Origin: an uncultured Aliishimia sp.
GTDB lineage: Bacteria > Pseudomonadota > Alphaproteobacteria > Rhodobacterales > Rhodobacteraceae
Assembly (NCBI GenBank): GCA_963922415.1
Contig: CAWUIP010000001.1
Span: forward strand, 3,114 to 67,113
Reading direction: 5' to 3'
Length of the DNA: 64,000 bases
The position numbers and the translations under genes were made by a program. The stretch's first letter is position 1; each line of letters begins with the position of its first letter. Positions 1 to 8,587 of this stretch are shown here, in pieces. Below the pieces are notes generated by a model. The model made no database searches and had not been told where the DNA came from. It was given only the letters and a program-made list of their open reading frames with translations.

Positions 1-14
1 TAAATGAGTGGATT

Positions 15-743
15 TTGATGCGCGTTTTGTTGACCGTGACGACCTGGGACGCCGTACAGTTGGAGCAACAGCTGACGGAGACGGGATTTTCGGTGACAGC
101 CGTTGACGATGCCGAAAGCGTCTTGGATGCCTTGAATTTGTTGGGGCGACCCATCGCGGTTGTCGAAACAAATGTGCCGGGCATCGATTGGCATGCTCTG
201 GTCAAGACGCTGCGCCAAAAGCACCGCGCGATGTCGATCTTTGTCTTCAACTCGTTTCAGTGCGCCGAAGATCAAGTACGTGCGCTGGAGATGGGTGCGG
301 ATGACGTGCTGAATGCCAATATGAGCGCAGATGAACTTGCGGCCCGGTTGCGCGCGGTTTTAGTACGTCGCGCCGGCTATGCATCGCCGAACGTGTCTGT
401 TGGACCACTGCAAATGCGTCTTGCCGAGAAGCGTGTGTTTTGGGGCACAAATCAATTGGCGCTCTCGCCCGCAGAGTACCGGATCTTGGAGACCATGTGC
501 CTGGCGTCGCCCAAAACCATGCGCCGCGACGCGCTGATGGCGGAATTGTATGGTATCGAAGAAGGGTGCGAGCCCCGTACGATAAACACTTTTCTGTCGA
601 ACTTGCGCGGTCGGTTGACCGCGGCAGGTGCCCCTAATGACATTATCGAAACGAAGCGCGGAGAGGGGTACCGTTTGGTCAACGTTGACGACCCCGTAGA
701 CGTGCACGGGGTTGGCGCGGTGTCAGCGTCGCACGCAGCTTGA
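15..743 (+). CDS. OmpR/PhoB-type winged-helix response regulator with degenerate (pseudo) receiver domain
   Basis: N-terminal CheY-like fold and C-terminal wHTH (LSPAEYRILE...GEGYRL). The expected phospho-Asp position reads VVETNVPG (Glu51, gaa 165-167). The conserved Thr/Ser and Lys positions are also altered. TTG at 15 or ATG at 18. Confidence 0.75.
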   Translation: MMRVLLTVTTWDAVQLEQQLTETGFSVTAVDDAESVLDALNLLGRPIAVVETNVPGIDWHALVKTLRQKHRAMSIFVFNSFQCAEDQVRALEMGADDVLNANMSADELAARLRAVLVRRAGYASPNVSVGPLQMRLAEKRVFWGTNQLALSPAEYRILETMCLASPKTMRRDALMAELYGIEEGCEPRTINTFLSNLRGRLTAAGAPNDIIETKRGEGYRLVNVDDPVDVHGVGAVSASHAA

Positions 744-771
744 TGGGTGCGGTTCACAGCGTGCGGGTGAA

Positions 772-848
772 TGGTAGGCCCGGCAGGACTTGAACCCGCA
801 ACCAAAGCGTTATGAGCGCTCTGCTCTAACCAATTGAGCTACAGGCCC
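772..848 (-). tRNA. tRNA with CAT anticodon (Met by anticodon; body resembles tRNA-Ile2/lysidine type)
   Basis: The reverse complement folds as a cloverleaf: GGGCCTG TA GCTC..GAGC, anticodon loop CTCATAA, T-loop GGTTCAAGTCC, encoded CCA. C4-G69 and C5-G68 pairs and the T-loop resemble E. coli tRNA-Ile2 as I recall it. Confidence 0.9.
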
Positions 849-959
849 GCCACACCGTGTGGATTAGGTGTGAAGCTGAGGCGCGTCAAGCCTTGCCCTG
901 TTGCGATAGCCGCGGCGATGGTCTAGGTCGCGCTGCAACATCAGCGGGGCAGGGCGGGC

Positions 960-2015
960 ATGACGGCAAACAGCGACGGCAAGAACGGATTGACCTACGC
1001 GGATGCGGGCGTCGACATCGATGCGGGAAATGCGCTAGTGGATGCGATCAAACCGGCTGCTGCGTCCACCGACCGCCCAGGCGTTATGGCTGGGCTGGGC
1101 GGCTTTGGTGGGCTTTTCGACCTGAAGGCTGCAGGCTTTCAAGATCCAATTTTGGTGGCGGCAACCGACGGGGTCGGCACAAAACTTCGGATTGGGATCG
1201 AAACCGGCCAGGTAGACGGTCTGGGCCAGGACTTGGTCGCGATGTGTGTCAATGACCTTGTCTGCCAGGGCGCGGAGCCTTTGTTTTTCCTAGATTATTT
1301 TGCCACTGGGAAACTGGATGTTCCAGTGGCTTCGCGGATTGTGGAGGGGATTGCGCGCGCCTGCACAGACGCCGGATGCGCGCTTTTGGGCGGCGAAACC
1401 GCCGAAATGCCCGGCCTATACGCCGCGGGCGACTTCGATCTTGCTGGGTTTGCAGTCGGCGCAATGGAGCGGGGGCAGGGTTTGCCACACGAAATTGCGC
1501 CCGGACATGTCTTGCTGGGCCTTCCATCAACGGGCGTGCATTCAAACGGCTACTCCCTTGTCCGCAAAATCGTTGAGACCGCGGGGCTTGATTGGTCTGC
1601 GCCGTGCCCTTGGTCAGCCGGCACGCTGGGTGACGCTTTCATCACACCCACGGCGCTTTATGTTAAAGCGGCAGTGGCTGGTATGCGCGCGGGCGTCTTG
1701 TCTGGGCTTGCCCATATCACGGGGGGCGGGATCAGTGAAAACCTTCCGCGCGTTCTGCCAGATGGGTGCGGCGCGACGATTGACTTGGATGCATGGCAAC
1801 TCCCGCCCGTCTTTGCGTGGCTGGCTGATCAAGGTGGCATTGCCGATCACGAGATGCTCAAGACGTTCAACTGCGGAATTGGAATGGTTGTCGTTGTGGC
1901 GCCAGATAAAGCAGACATAGCCCAAGACGCATTGGACGGCGCGGGCCCAGACGTTTTGCGCATCGGAACCGTCAGCGACACGCCTGGTATTGCTTACCAT
2001 GGGTCGCTTGTGTGA
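960..2015 (+). CDS. purM: Phosphoribosylformylglycinamidine cyclo-ligase (AIR synthetase)
   Basis: 351 aa. N-terminal [12 protein letters not shown] and a GGFGGLF motif typical of PurM. Followed by purN with a GTGA overlap. Confidence 0.95.
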   Translation: MTANSDGKNGLTYADAGVDIDAGNALVDAIKPAAASTDRPGVMAGLGGFGGLFDLKAAGFQDPILVAATDGVGTKLRIGIETGQVDGLGQDLVAMCVNDLVCQGAEPLFFLDYFATGKLDVPVASRIVEGIARACTDAGCALLGGETAEMPGLYAAGDFDLAGFAVGAMERGQGLPHEIAPGHVLLGLPSTGVHSNGYSLVRKIVETAGLDWSAPCPWSAGTLGDAFITPTALYVKAAVAGMRAGVLSGLAHITGGGISENLPRVLPDGCGATIDLDAWQLPPVFAWLADQGGIADHEMLKTFNCGIGMVVVVAPDKADIAQDALDGAGPDVLRIGTVSDTPGIAYHGSLV

Positions 2016-2605
2016 CCCTGAAGGTCGCGATTTTCATTTCTGGCGGTGGCTCCAACATGCGTGCGCTGGTCGCCAGCATGACCGGCGCGCACCCGGCGCG
2101 ACCGGCAGTCGTCGTCGCTAACACGGCTGCTGCGCCTGGGATTGCTTGGGCTGCGGCGCAGGGGGTGCCAACCGAAGTGGTGGATCACATGCCCTTTGGT
2201 CAAGATCGGGTGGCCTTTGAGGCGGCGATTTCACATCGCTTGGCCAATTACACAGTGGATGTGATCTGTCTCGCAGGCTTCATGCGCGTGCTGACGGGCG
2301 GGTTTGTTGCGCAGTGGTCTGGGCGCATGATCAATATCCATCCGTCGCTTTTGCCGAAGTATCGCGGGCTGAACACGCATGCCCGCGCGCTGGAAAGCGG
2401 TGAGATCGAACATGGTTGCACAGTCCACGAAGTGACCGCGGAACTCGACGAGGGTCCCATCCTGGGCCAAGCGCGATTGCGGATTGATCCAAACGACACC
2501 GCCGAAACGTTAGCGGCGCGTGTGCTGAAGCTCGAACATCAACTTTATCCGGCCGTCTTGCGAAGGTTTGCCGCAGGAGATCGAACCAGTTTGTTGATCG
2601 GCTGA
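2012..2605 (+). CDS. purN: Phosphoribosylglycinamide formyltransferase
   Basis: 197 aa. ISGGGSN and [17 protein letters not shown] motifs. GTG start overlaps the purM stop. Confidence 0.93.
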   Translation: MTLKVAIFISGGGSNMRALVASMTGAHPARPAVVVANTAAAPGIAWAAAQGVPTEVVDHMPFGQDRVAFEAAISHRLANYTVDVICLAGFMRVLTGGFVAQWSGRMINIHPSLLPKYRGLNTHARALESGEIEHGCTVHEVTAELDEGPILGQARLRIDPNDTAETLAARVLKLEHQLYPAVLRRFAAGDRTSLLIG

Positions 2606-2664
2606 GACCTTTTCATCACCGCGCCAATCGGCTAGGCATTTTGGTCAAAGAAGAAAGCAGGCTG

Positions 2665-3822
2665 ATGCGCACCCTGACCACGACCCAAGAGCTTCACGCC
2701 TTTTGCCAAGAGGCGGCGCAGGCGCCCTATGTGACAATCGACACCGAATTTCTACGGGAACGCACCTATTTCGCAAAACTATGTCTGGTACAGCTCGCCT
2801 TTCCTGGCGACGGCGAAACGGACGCGGTTCTTGTGGATCCACTGTCTGACGATCTCTCGCTTGAGCCGCTCTATGAAATCTTTCGAAATCAAGACGTTGT
2901 CAAAGTTTTTCACGCAGCGCGTCAGGACCTTGAGATCTTCTTTTTTGAAGGTGGTCTTTTCCCAGAGCCTCTTTTTGATACGCAAGTTGCAGCTATGGTG
3001 TGCGGGTTCGGTGACCAAGTCGGCTATGAGACGCTTGTGCGACGCATTGCCAAAGCATCCTTGGATAAGACGTCTCGGTTCACCGACTGGTCGCGGCGCC
3101 CTTTAACGGATGCACAAAAGACCTATGCCTTGGCGGATGTCACGCACCTGCGGCAAATCTATGAACACCTTTCAGAACAGCTTGAAAAAACCGGCCGCGC
3201 CAAATGGCTCAAGGAAGAATTGCGCACGCTTACGAGCGCGCAAACATACGTGATTGAACCGCACGAGGCCTGGCAACGCGTGAAAACGCGCACCAGTTCG
3301 GGCCGCTTTCTATCCATGGTCCGAGAGTTGGCCGCGTTCCGTGAAGAGTATGCGAAGTCGCGCAACATTCCCCGCAACCGTGTCTACAAAGATGATGCGC
3401 TGGTGGAGCTTGCGTCGCTGAAGCCAAAAAATACGACGGAACTCGGTCGCGCGCGTCTGCTTCTGCGTGATGCGCGCAAAGGCGACATTGCTGATGGCAT
3501 TCTCGCCGCCATTGAAAAAGGAACAGCCTGTCCGGCGGATGATTTACCCAAGGTCGACAAAAGCCGCGACAAGCTACAGGTCAACCCGGCGCTGGCGGAT
3601 CTGTTGCGGGTTCTGCTGAAGGCGAAAACTGAAAGTACCGGCGTCGCACCGCGATTGATTGCCTCGGCTGCGGATCTTGATGCCATTGCAGCGGGAGAGC
3701 GGGATGTGCCGGCGCTGACGGGGTGGCGGTCCGAAGTTTTTGGAGACGAGGCTTTGCGCCTGTGTCGCGGCGAGATCGCACTCTCAGCCAGCAATGAGGC
3801 CGTTCAAATCGTCGAGATTTAG
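2665..3822 (+). CDS. rnd: Ribonuclease D
   Basis: DEDD exonuclease motifs (VTIDTEF, LVQLA, VFHAARQDLE) plus an HRDC-like C-terminal part. ATG 2665 is preferred over the upstream TTG 2641. Confidence 0.85.
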   Translation: MRTLTTTQELHAFCQEAAQAPYVTIDTEFLRERTYFAKLCLVQLAFPGDGETDAVLVDPLSDDLSLEPLYEIFRNQDVVKVFHAARQDLEIFFFEGGLFPEPLFDTQVAAMVCGFGDQVGYETLVRRIAKASLDKTSRFTDWSRRPLTDAQKTYALADVTHLRQIYEHLSEQLEKTGRAKWLKEELRTLTSAQTYVIEPHEAWQRVKTRTSSGRFLSMVRELAAFREEYAKSRNIPRNRVYKDDALVELASLKPKNTTELGRARLLLRDARKGDIADGILAAIEKGTACPADDLPKVDKSRDKLQVNPALADLLRVLLKAKTESTGVAPRLIASAADLDAIAAGERDVPALTGWRSEVFGDEALRLCRGEIALSASNEAVQIVEI

Positions 3823-3829
3823 CGGCAGG

Positions 3830-4351
3830 CTAGCGCCGGACCTCGCGGGCGTTCTGCGCCGCTTCCACGCGAATACGGCGAACACCAGCCAATTGTTGGT
3901 CCGTCAAGTGACGTGCAGCCACAACTTCCCGGGTTTGCGCCGGGCCCACGGCTTGGGTCGCTTGGGGAAGTTGGCGTTCCAGCGTGTAAACCAAGACACC
4001 GTCTGATGCTTTTTCATCATCATTAGCGGGGACGATTTCCACGTTGAATGCGCCTTGCCGTGTGTCACGGCCTTCGGCGCGGATGATGGCACCGCCGGGC
4101 ACGCGTTCTACGCGCAGCGCCGTGATCTCAGCGATCGGTGTGGTCAGGTCAATAACCGCTGAGCTGCGCGAACCGCCGAACAGTGCGCTCCGCTCCGGGA
4201 TCAATGGATTTTCGTCTGCAGCAGATTGCTGCACCGGGACTTCGCTCGACCGACCAAACCAATTGAACGGGTTCAAGCGGCTGTCGCGCACGAAACCGCA
4301 ACTGGCCAACACAAGGCTTGCCGCTAGAAGAATTATCAGTGTTCGAACCAT
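3830..4351 (-). CDS. Hypothetical lipoprotein
   Basis: The internal start gives MVRTLIILLAASLVLASCGF, a lipobox signal peptide. No recognisable catalytic motif. Confidence 0.6.
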   Translation of the reverse strand: MVRTLIILLAASLVLASCGFVRDSRLNPFNWFGRSSEVPVQQSAADENPLIPERSALFGGSRSSAVIDLTTPIAEITALRVERVPGGAIIRAEGRDTRQGAFNVEIVPANDDEKASDGVLVYTLERQLPQATQAVGPAQTREVVAARHLTDQQLAGVRRIRVEAAQNAREVRR

Positions 4352-4506
4352 ACTGCGCGCCCCCCAAGGCCAAGTCATGCCATTTGGTCGTGTTTTGTTT
4401 GAGGTATCGTAAGTTTCGGGTGGTTGCAAAGGGTCATTGCAGGGCACTGGACGCGGGGGCCGGACGGGATTAGGTCATGCGGCAGTGCAGAATAAGGGTT
4501 GGCACC

Positions 4507-4917
4507 ATGGCGACAGAAGCCTTCGAAGAGATTGTTGAAGATTTCGAGTTTCTTACCGACTGGGAGGATCGCTATCGCTTCGTGATTGACGAAGGCAAAA
4601 AGCTCGATCCCTTGCCGGACGCGTTGAAGGTCGCCGCGACCAAAGTCGACGGATGCGCCAGCCAAGTGTGGCTGCATCCCGTGATTGACAGCAATCAGTT
4701 TTCCTTCGACGGGGAAAGCGATGCGATGATTGTGCAAGGTTTGATCGCGGTTTTGCGAAAGCTTTACAATGGCTTACCTGTCGCGGATGTTGCCAAAGTG
4801 GACGCGCGGGCAGAGATGGCGCGGTTGGGGCTCAACGACCATCTAAGTGCGCAACGGTCCAACGGGCTTCGCGCGATGATTGAGCGGATCCAGAAGGTCG
4901 CCGCCGAGGCTGCGTGA
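4507..4917 (+). CDS. sufE: SufE-family cysteine desulfuration protein
   Basis: About 136 aa with the conserved VDGCASQVWL active-site Cys motif. Confidence 0.8.
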   Translation: MATEAFEEIVEDFEFLTDWEDRYRFVIDEGKKLDPLPDALKVAATKVDGCASQVWLHPVIDSNQFSFDGESDAMIVQGLIAVLRKLYNGLPVADVAKVDARAEMARLGLNDHLSAQRSNGLRAMIERIQKVAAEAA

Positions 4918-5547
4918 TCAAAGTTTCTCAAGCGTTGTCGCGAGGTCGCCATAGCCGGTGAAGCGCCGCTCAAACGCAAGACCCAAACGCTCTGCACAGA
5001 CACGTGCCTTTTCCGTGAGCGCGGGATCGTCTGTCTGCGCCTGATAGACCAGCGTTGTGTAGTTGCCAAAAAGCATATCGCGCAGCTCTGGCGCGCGGTC
5101 GAGCCCCATGGGTTTCCAGACAAAAGCGTCAAACTGCCGGACCAGGAAGTCCGTCAGATAAAAGGTACCTAAATCATCCCCGGTCTCGGCGAAGCGGGCA
5201 TTGCCCTCAAAAAAGCTATAGCAGTGTGGGCCAGCGACCATCTCAACGCCCATTTCAGCACAGGCCGCCTGAAGCTGGCCGCCCGTACCGCAATCGGCAT
5301 AAACCACAAAGAGCGTCTGGTAGGTTTCGCGGTGTTGGGCGACAGCTTCGCGCACGGCTTCGGTGATTTTGTCGGGGTAGAGATGTAGATTTGCGGGCAG
5401 GCAGGTCAGGTCCATATGGTCCCAACCGTTTAGGCGCTTCAGATCCAAAATCTCTCGTGCCAGCGCGCCGCAGGCAATCAAGAGTATGCGTCCTTGGCCC
5501 GAAGCCGCCAATCCGGCTTCGGTTAGGTCCTGATCCGATGGCAACAT
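4918..5547 (-). CDS. DUF1638 domain protein (accessory protein of corrinoid methyltransferase systems)
   Basis: LIACGALAREI and YADCGTGG motifs as I recall for DUF1638. Lies 6 nt downstream of the corrinoid protein gene on the same strand. Confidence 0.7.
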   Translation of the reverse strand: MLPSDQDLTEAGLAASGQGRILLIACGALAREILDLKRLNGWDHMDLTCLPANLHLYPDKITEAVREAVAQHRETYQTLFVVYADCGTGGQLQAACAEMGVEMVAGPHCYSFFEGNARFAETGDDLGTFYLTDFLVRQFDAFVWKPMGLDRAPELRDMLFGNYTTLVYQAQTDDPALTEKARVCAERLGLAFERRFTGYGDLATTLEKL

Positions 5548-5553
5548 CGTCAG

Positions 5554-6258
5554 TTAGCCAGCGGCCATTTGGTTGTGCTTGCGGCCCACAAATTCCTTTG
5601 CGGTTTCAACGGCCACAGCCGCATCGCGGCAATAGGCATCTGCGCCGATGGCCTTGCCAAACTCGTCGTTCAGGGGCGCACCGCCCACCAAAACGATGTA
5701 GTCGTCGCGCACGCCCTGTTCGACCATCGTGTCAATCACGACCTTCATGTAGGGCATTGTCGTGGTCAGAAGCGCGGACATGCCTAAAATGTCCGGCTGC
5801 TCGTTGGTGAGCGCTTCCATATACGCCTCGACCGCATTGTTAATGCCAAGATCAACAACCTCAAAGCCCGCGCCTTCCATCATCATCGACACCAAGTTCT
5901 TGCCAATGTCGTGAATGTCGCCCTTCACTGTGCCAATGACCATTTTGCCAACGCGCGGTGCACCGGTTTCGGCCAAGAGCGGTTTGAGGATGAACATCCC
6001 ACCCTTCATTGCATTCGCGGCCAACAGCACCTCGGGCACGAACAAGATCCCATCGCGGAAGTCATTGCCTACAATGGTCATGCCGCCCACCAACGCCTCG
6101 GTCAGGACCCTGTAGGGTTCCCAGCCACGTTCGAGCAGGATATGCACACCCTCTTCGATTTCCTCTTTCAGGCCATCATAGAGGTCGTCGAACATCTGTT
6201 GGACGAGCTCGTCATCGTCGAGTTCGGACAGGATGATATCATCTACATCATCAGACAT
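5554..6258 (-). CDS. Cobalamin-binding (corrinoid) protein, MetH B12-cap plus B12-binding domain type
   Basis: DxHxxG (DIHDIGKNLV), SxL (SALLTT) and GG (LVGGAPL) cobalamin-binding motifs. Start at MSDD (6258) has an AAAGGA SD-like sequence upstream. Confidence 0.8.
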   Translation of the reverse strand: MSDDVDDIILSELDDDELVQQMFDDLYDGLKEEIEEGVHILLERGWEPYRVLTEALVGGMTIVGNDFRDGILFVPEVLLAANAMKGGMFILKPLLAETGAPRVGKMVIGTVKGDIHDIGKNLVSMMMEGAGFEVVDLGINNAVEAYMEALTNEQPDILGMSALLTTTMPYMKVVIDTMVEQGVRDDYIVLVGGAPLNDEFGKAIGADAYCRDAAVAVETAKEFVGRKHNQMAAG

Positions 6259-6456
6259 GGGCCAATCCTTTATGCGTGTCCCAAGGGGCAATGGCGGTTC
6301 GTACCGCATTGTAACGGCGACGAAAAGAACACTAGGCAAGAAACGACATCGCCCGTTTCAGCCGCGACTAAATTTGTCACATCGCTGTGCGTATAGGCTG
6401 ATGTGTTGAAGAAAGACTTGCGTTTGTTCCCGTAATGTTCTCTTTTTGGTGCTGCC

Positions 6457-7530
6457 ATGCCGCTGCCCTTGATCCCACCGCGTGCCCGCGCCTCCCAGAC
6501 CAACGCGACCGGTCGGTTTGAGCGTGTGGCCTCTGTGCGCGAGGCGGATGGCTGGTCCGACTCGCGGCTTGATGATCCGGCCTGTGTAACTGAGGTGCGC
6601 GATGAGATGGCGCGTACGATCATCAGCTATAACAAGTCGCCGGACTTGCCATTCGACCGCGCGATAAACCCCTACCGCGGTTGCGAACACGGGTGCATTT
6701 ACTGCTTTGCTCGACCCAGCCACGCCTATTTGGGGTTGTCGCCTGGGCTCGACTTTGAGACGCGCCTGATCGCGCGGCCCAACGCGGCGGAACGGTTGCA
6801 ATCCGAGTTGGCGGCGCCTGGATACCGCGTCGCGGCCATGGCGCTTGGCACGAATACCGATCCCTATCAGCCGGTGGATCAAAGTCGTCAGATTACACGC
6901 GCGTGTGTGAAGGTTTTGGCCGACGCGCGTCATCCGCTGGCTATTGTCACGAAGGGCACCTTAGTGGAGCGCGACATCGATATTCTCTCCGAAATGGCAG
7001 CGCAGGGCTTGGCGCGGGTCGGGATCTCGATCACGACGCTGGACGCAACTCTGTCGCGAAAGATGGAGCCGCGCGCACCTGCGCCAGCTCGGCGTTTGCG
7101 GACGATTGAGCGTTTGGCGGAGGCGGGGATCGAGGTGCGGATTATGGCCTCGCCCATGGTGCCTGCGCTGACGGACCCAGAGTTGGAGCACATCTTGGAA
7201 GCTGGGCGCGATGCTGGCGCGCGGCAGGCCAGTTGGATCATGTTGCGGTTGCCGCGCGAGGTGTCAGCGCTGTGGCAAGAATGGCTGGCGGTGCATTACC
7301 CGGACCGTGCCGCGCGCATCATGGCGCGGCTGCGCGAGATGCATGGCGGGCGCGACTACGATGCGCGCTGGGGGCACCGGATGCGCGGCGAAGGGCCATA
7401 TGCCGAAATCGTTGCCAAACGGTTCCGGGTCGCATGCAAGCGCCTTGGCCTGTCGGAAGCTGCAGCCCCGCTGCGGACAGATTTGTTCAAGCCACCGCAC
7501 TCAGACGTTCGACAGATGGCGTTGCTTTAA
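6457..7530 (+). CDS. Radical SAM protein (PA0069 / spore-photoproduct-lyase-like family)
   Basis: CEHGCIYC CX3CX2C cluster motif. Length and layout fit COG1533-type proteins. Confidence 0.8.
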   Translation: MPLPLIPPRARASQTNATGRFERVASVREADGWSDSRLDDPACVTEVRDEMARTIISYNKSPDLPFDRAINPYRGCEHGCIYCFARPSHAYLGLSPGLDFETRLIARPNAAERLQSELAAPGYRVAAMALGTNTDPYQPVDQSRQITRACVKVLADARHPLAIVTKGTLVERDIDILSEMAAQGLARVGISITTLDATLSRKMEPRAPAPARRLRTIERLAEAGIEVRIMASPMVPALTDPELEHILEAGRDAGARQASWIMLRLPREVSALWQEWLAVHYPDRAARIMARLREMHGGRDYDARWGHRMRGEGPYAEIVAKRFRVACKRLGLSEAAAPLRTDLFKPPHSDVRQMALL

Positions 7531-7534
7531 GACC

Positions 7535-8557
7535 TCAGGCCGCACGACGGCGATTGCGACGCTTCGGCGCCGGACCTCCGCCATCCGTACCATCGCTTTC
7601 AGAACTGAAGCCGCCCAGCGCCTCTGTGATCGCTTCAAGGCTGGGGCGTTCACCGCGTGGTTGCGTATCGAGGGCTGCGCGCATGTGGCGCAGATGATCT
7701 GGCGTCGTCCCGCAGCAGCCACCAATGATCCGTGCGCCACTGTCGCGGGCCAAGAGCGCATATTCCGCCATTAACTCCGGCGTGCCGTCATAGTGGATGT
7801 GGCCGTGCACATATTTTGGAATGCCTGCGTTGCCTTTGGCGATGATCGGATACTCTGTGCCTGTGGCCGAGAACCCTTGCACAGTGCGCAAGAGGTCAGA
7901 TGCGCCCACGCCGCAATTGGCCCCAAACGCAATCGGCGGATTGGGGATCTGTGCCAGCATCGTGACCATGTCAGTACTCGTGACGCCCATCATGGTGCGC
8001 CCGGCTGTGTCAAAGCTCATGGTGCCGCACCAATCGATACCGGCACGCGCAAAGCCTTCGGCCGCTGCAAGAAACTCTTCGGGCGCGCTGATGGTTTCTA
8101 GCCACGCCACATCGGCGCCGCCGTCTTTGAGCCCTTCGGCTGTCTCGTGGAACATCTCAACCGCGTTGTCGTGGCTCAATGTGCCAACTGGTTCCATAAT
8201 CTCGCCGGTCGGGCCGACAGATCCCGCGACGATCACAGTCCGGTCTTCTTTGTCGGCCAACTCGCGGCCAATTTCTGCGGCGACTTTAGACAGGCGATAG
8301 GCATCTTTTTCGGCGCCGTGCAACTTCAGCCGCGAGGCGTTGGCGCCAAAGGAGTTGGTCAGGAATAGGTCAGATCCCGCCTCAATTGCGCCGCGGTACA
8401 AATCAGCGATCCGGTCGGGATGCTCGTCATTCCACATCTCGGGCGCGTCACCCGAAGAAAGGCCCGCGTTGAAAAGGTTTGTGCCTGTTGCACCGTCGGC
8501 AAGCAGCACACCTTTTTCGTCGAGAAGGCGGGCGAGAGGGTTTTGCGTTTGGGTCAT
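7535..8557 (-). CDS. Homocysteine S-methyltransferase domain protein (Hcy-binding module of split methionine synthase)
   Basis: 340 aa Pfam S-methyl_trans-like protein. Zn-ligand Cys motifs GANCG and GGCCGTTPDH. Confidence 0.8.
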   Translation of the reverse strand: MTQTQNPLARLLDEKGVLLADGATGTNLFNAGLSSGDAPEMWNDEHPDRIADLYRGAIEAGSDLFLTNSFGANASRLKLHGAEKDAYRLSKVAAEIGRELADKEDRTVIVAGSVGPTGEIMEPVGTLSHDNAVEMFHETAEGLKDGGADVAWLETISAPEEFLAAAEGFARAGIDWCGTMSFDTAGRTMMGVTSTDMVTMLAQIPNPPIAFGANCGVGASDLLRTVQGFSATGTEYPIIAKGNAGIPKYVHGHIHYDGTPELMAEYALLARDSGARIIGGCCGTTPDHLRHMRAALDTQPRGERPSLEAITEALGGFSSESDGTDGGGPAPKRRNRRRAA

Positions 8558-8587
8558 GACCGCTCCAGTCTTTGAGCGATGTGCGTG

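Noticed and set aside
6259-6456. Possible cobalamin or SAM-II riboswitch in the 198-bp divergent region upstream of the corrinoid protein gene
   Set aside because: On either strand I could find neither a B12-box-like element (GCCACTG context with GGTG/AGGGAA) nor a convincing SAM-II core. A covariance-model scan would be needed, so nothing is claimed.
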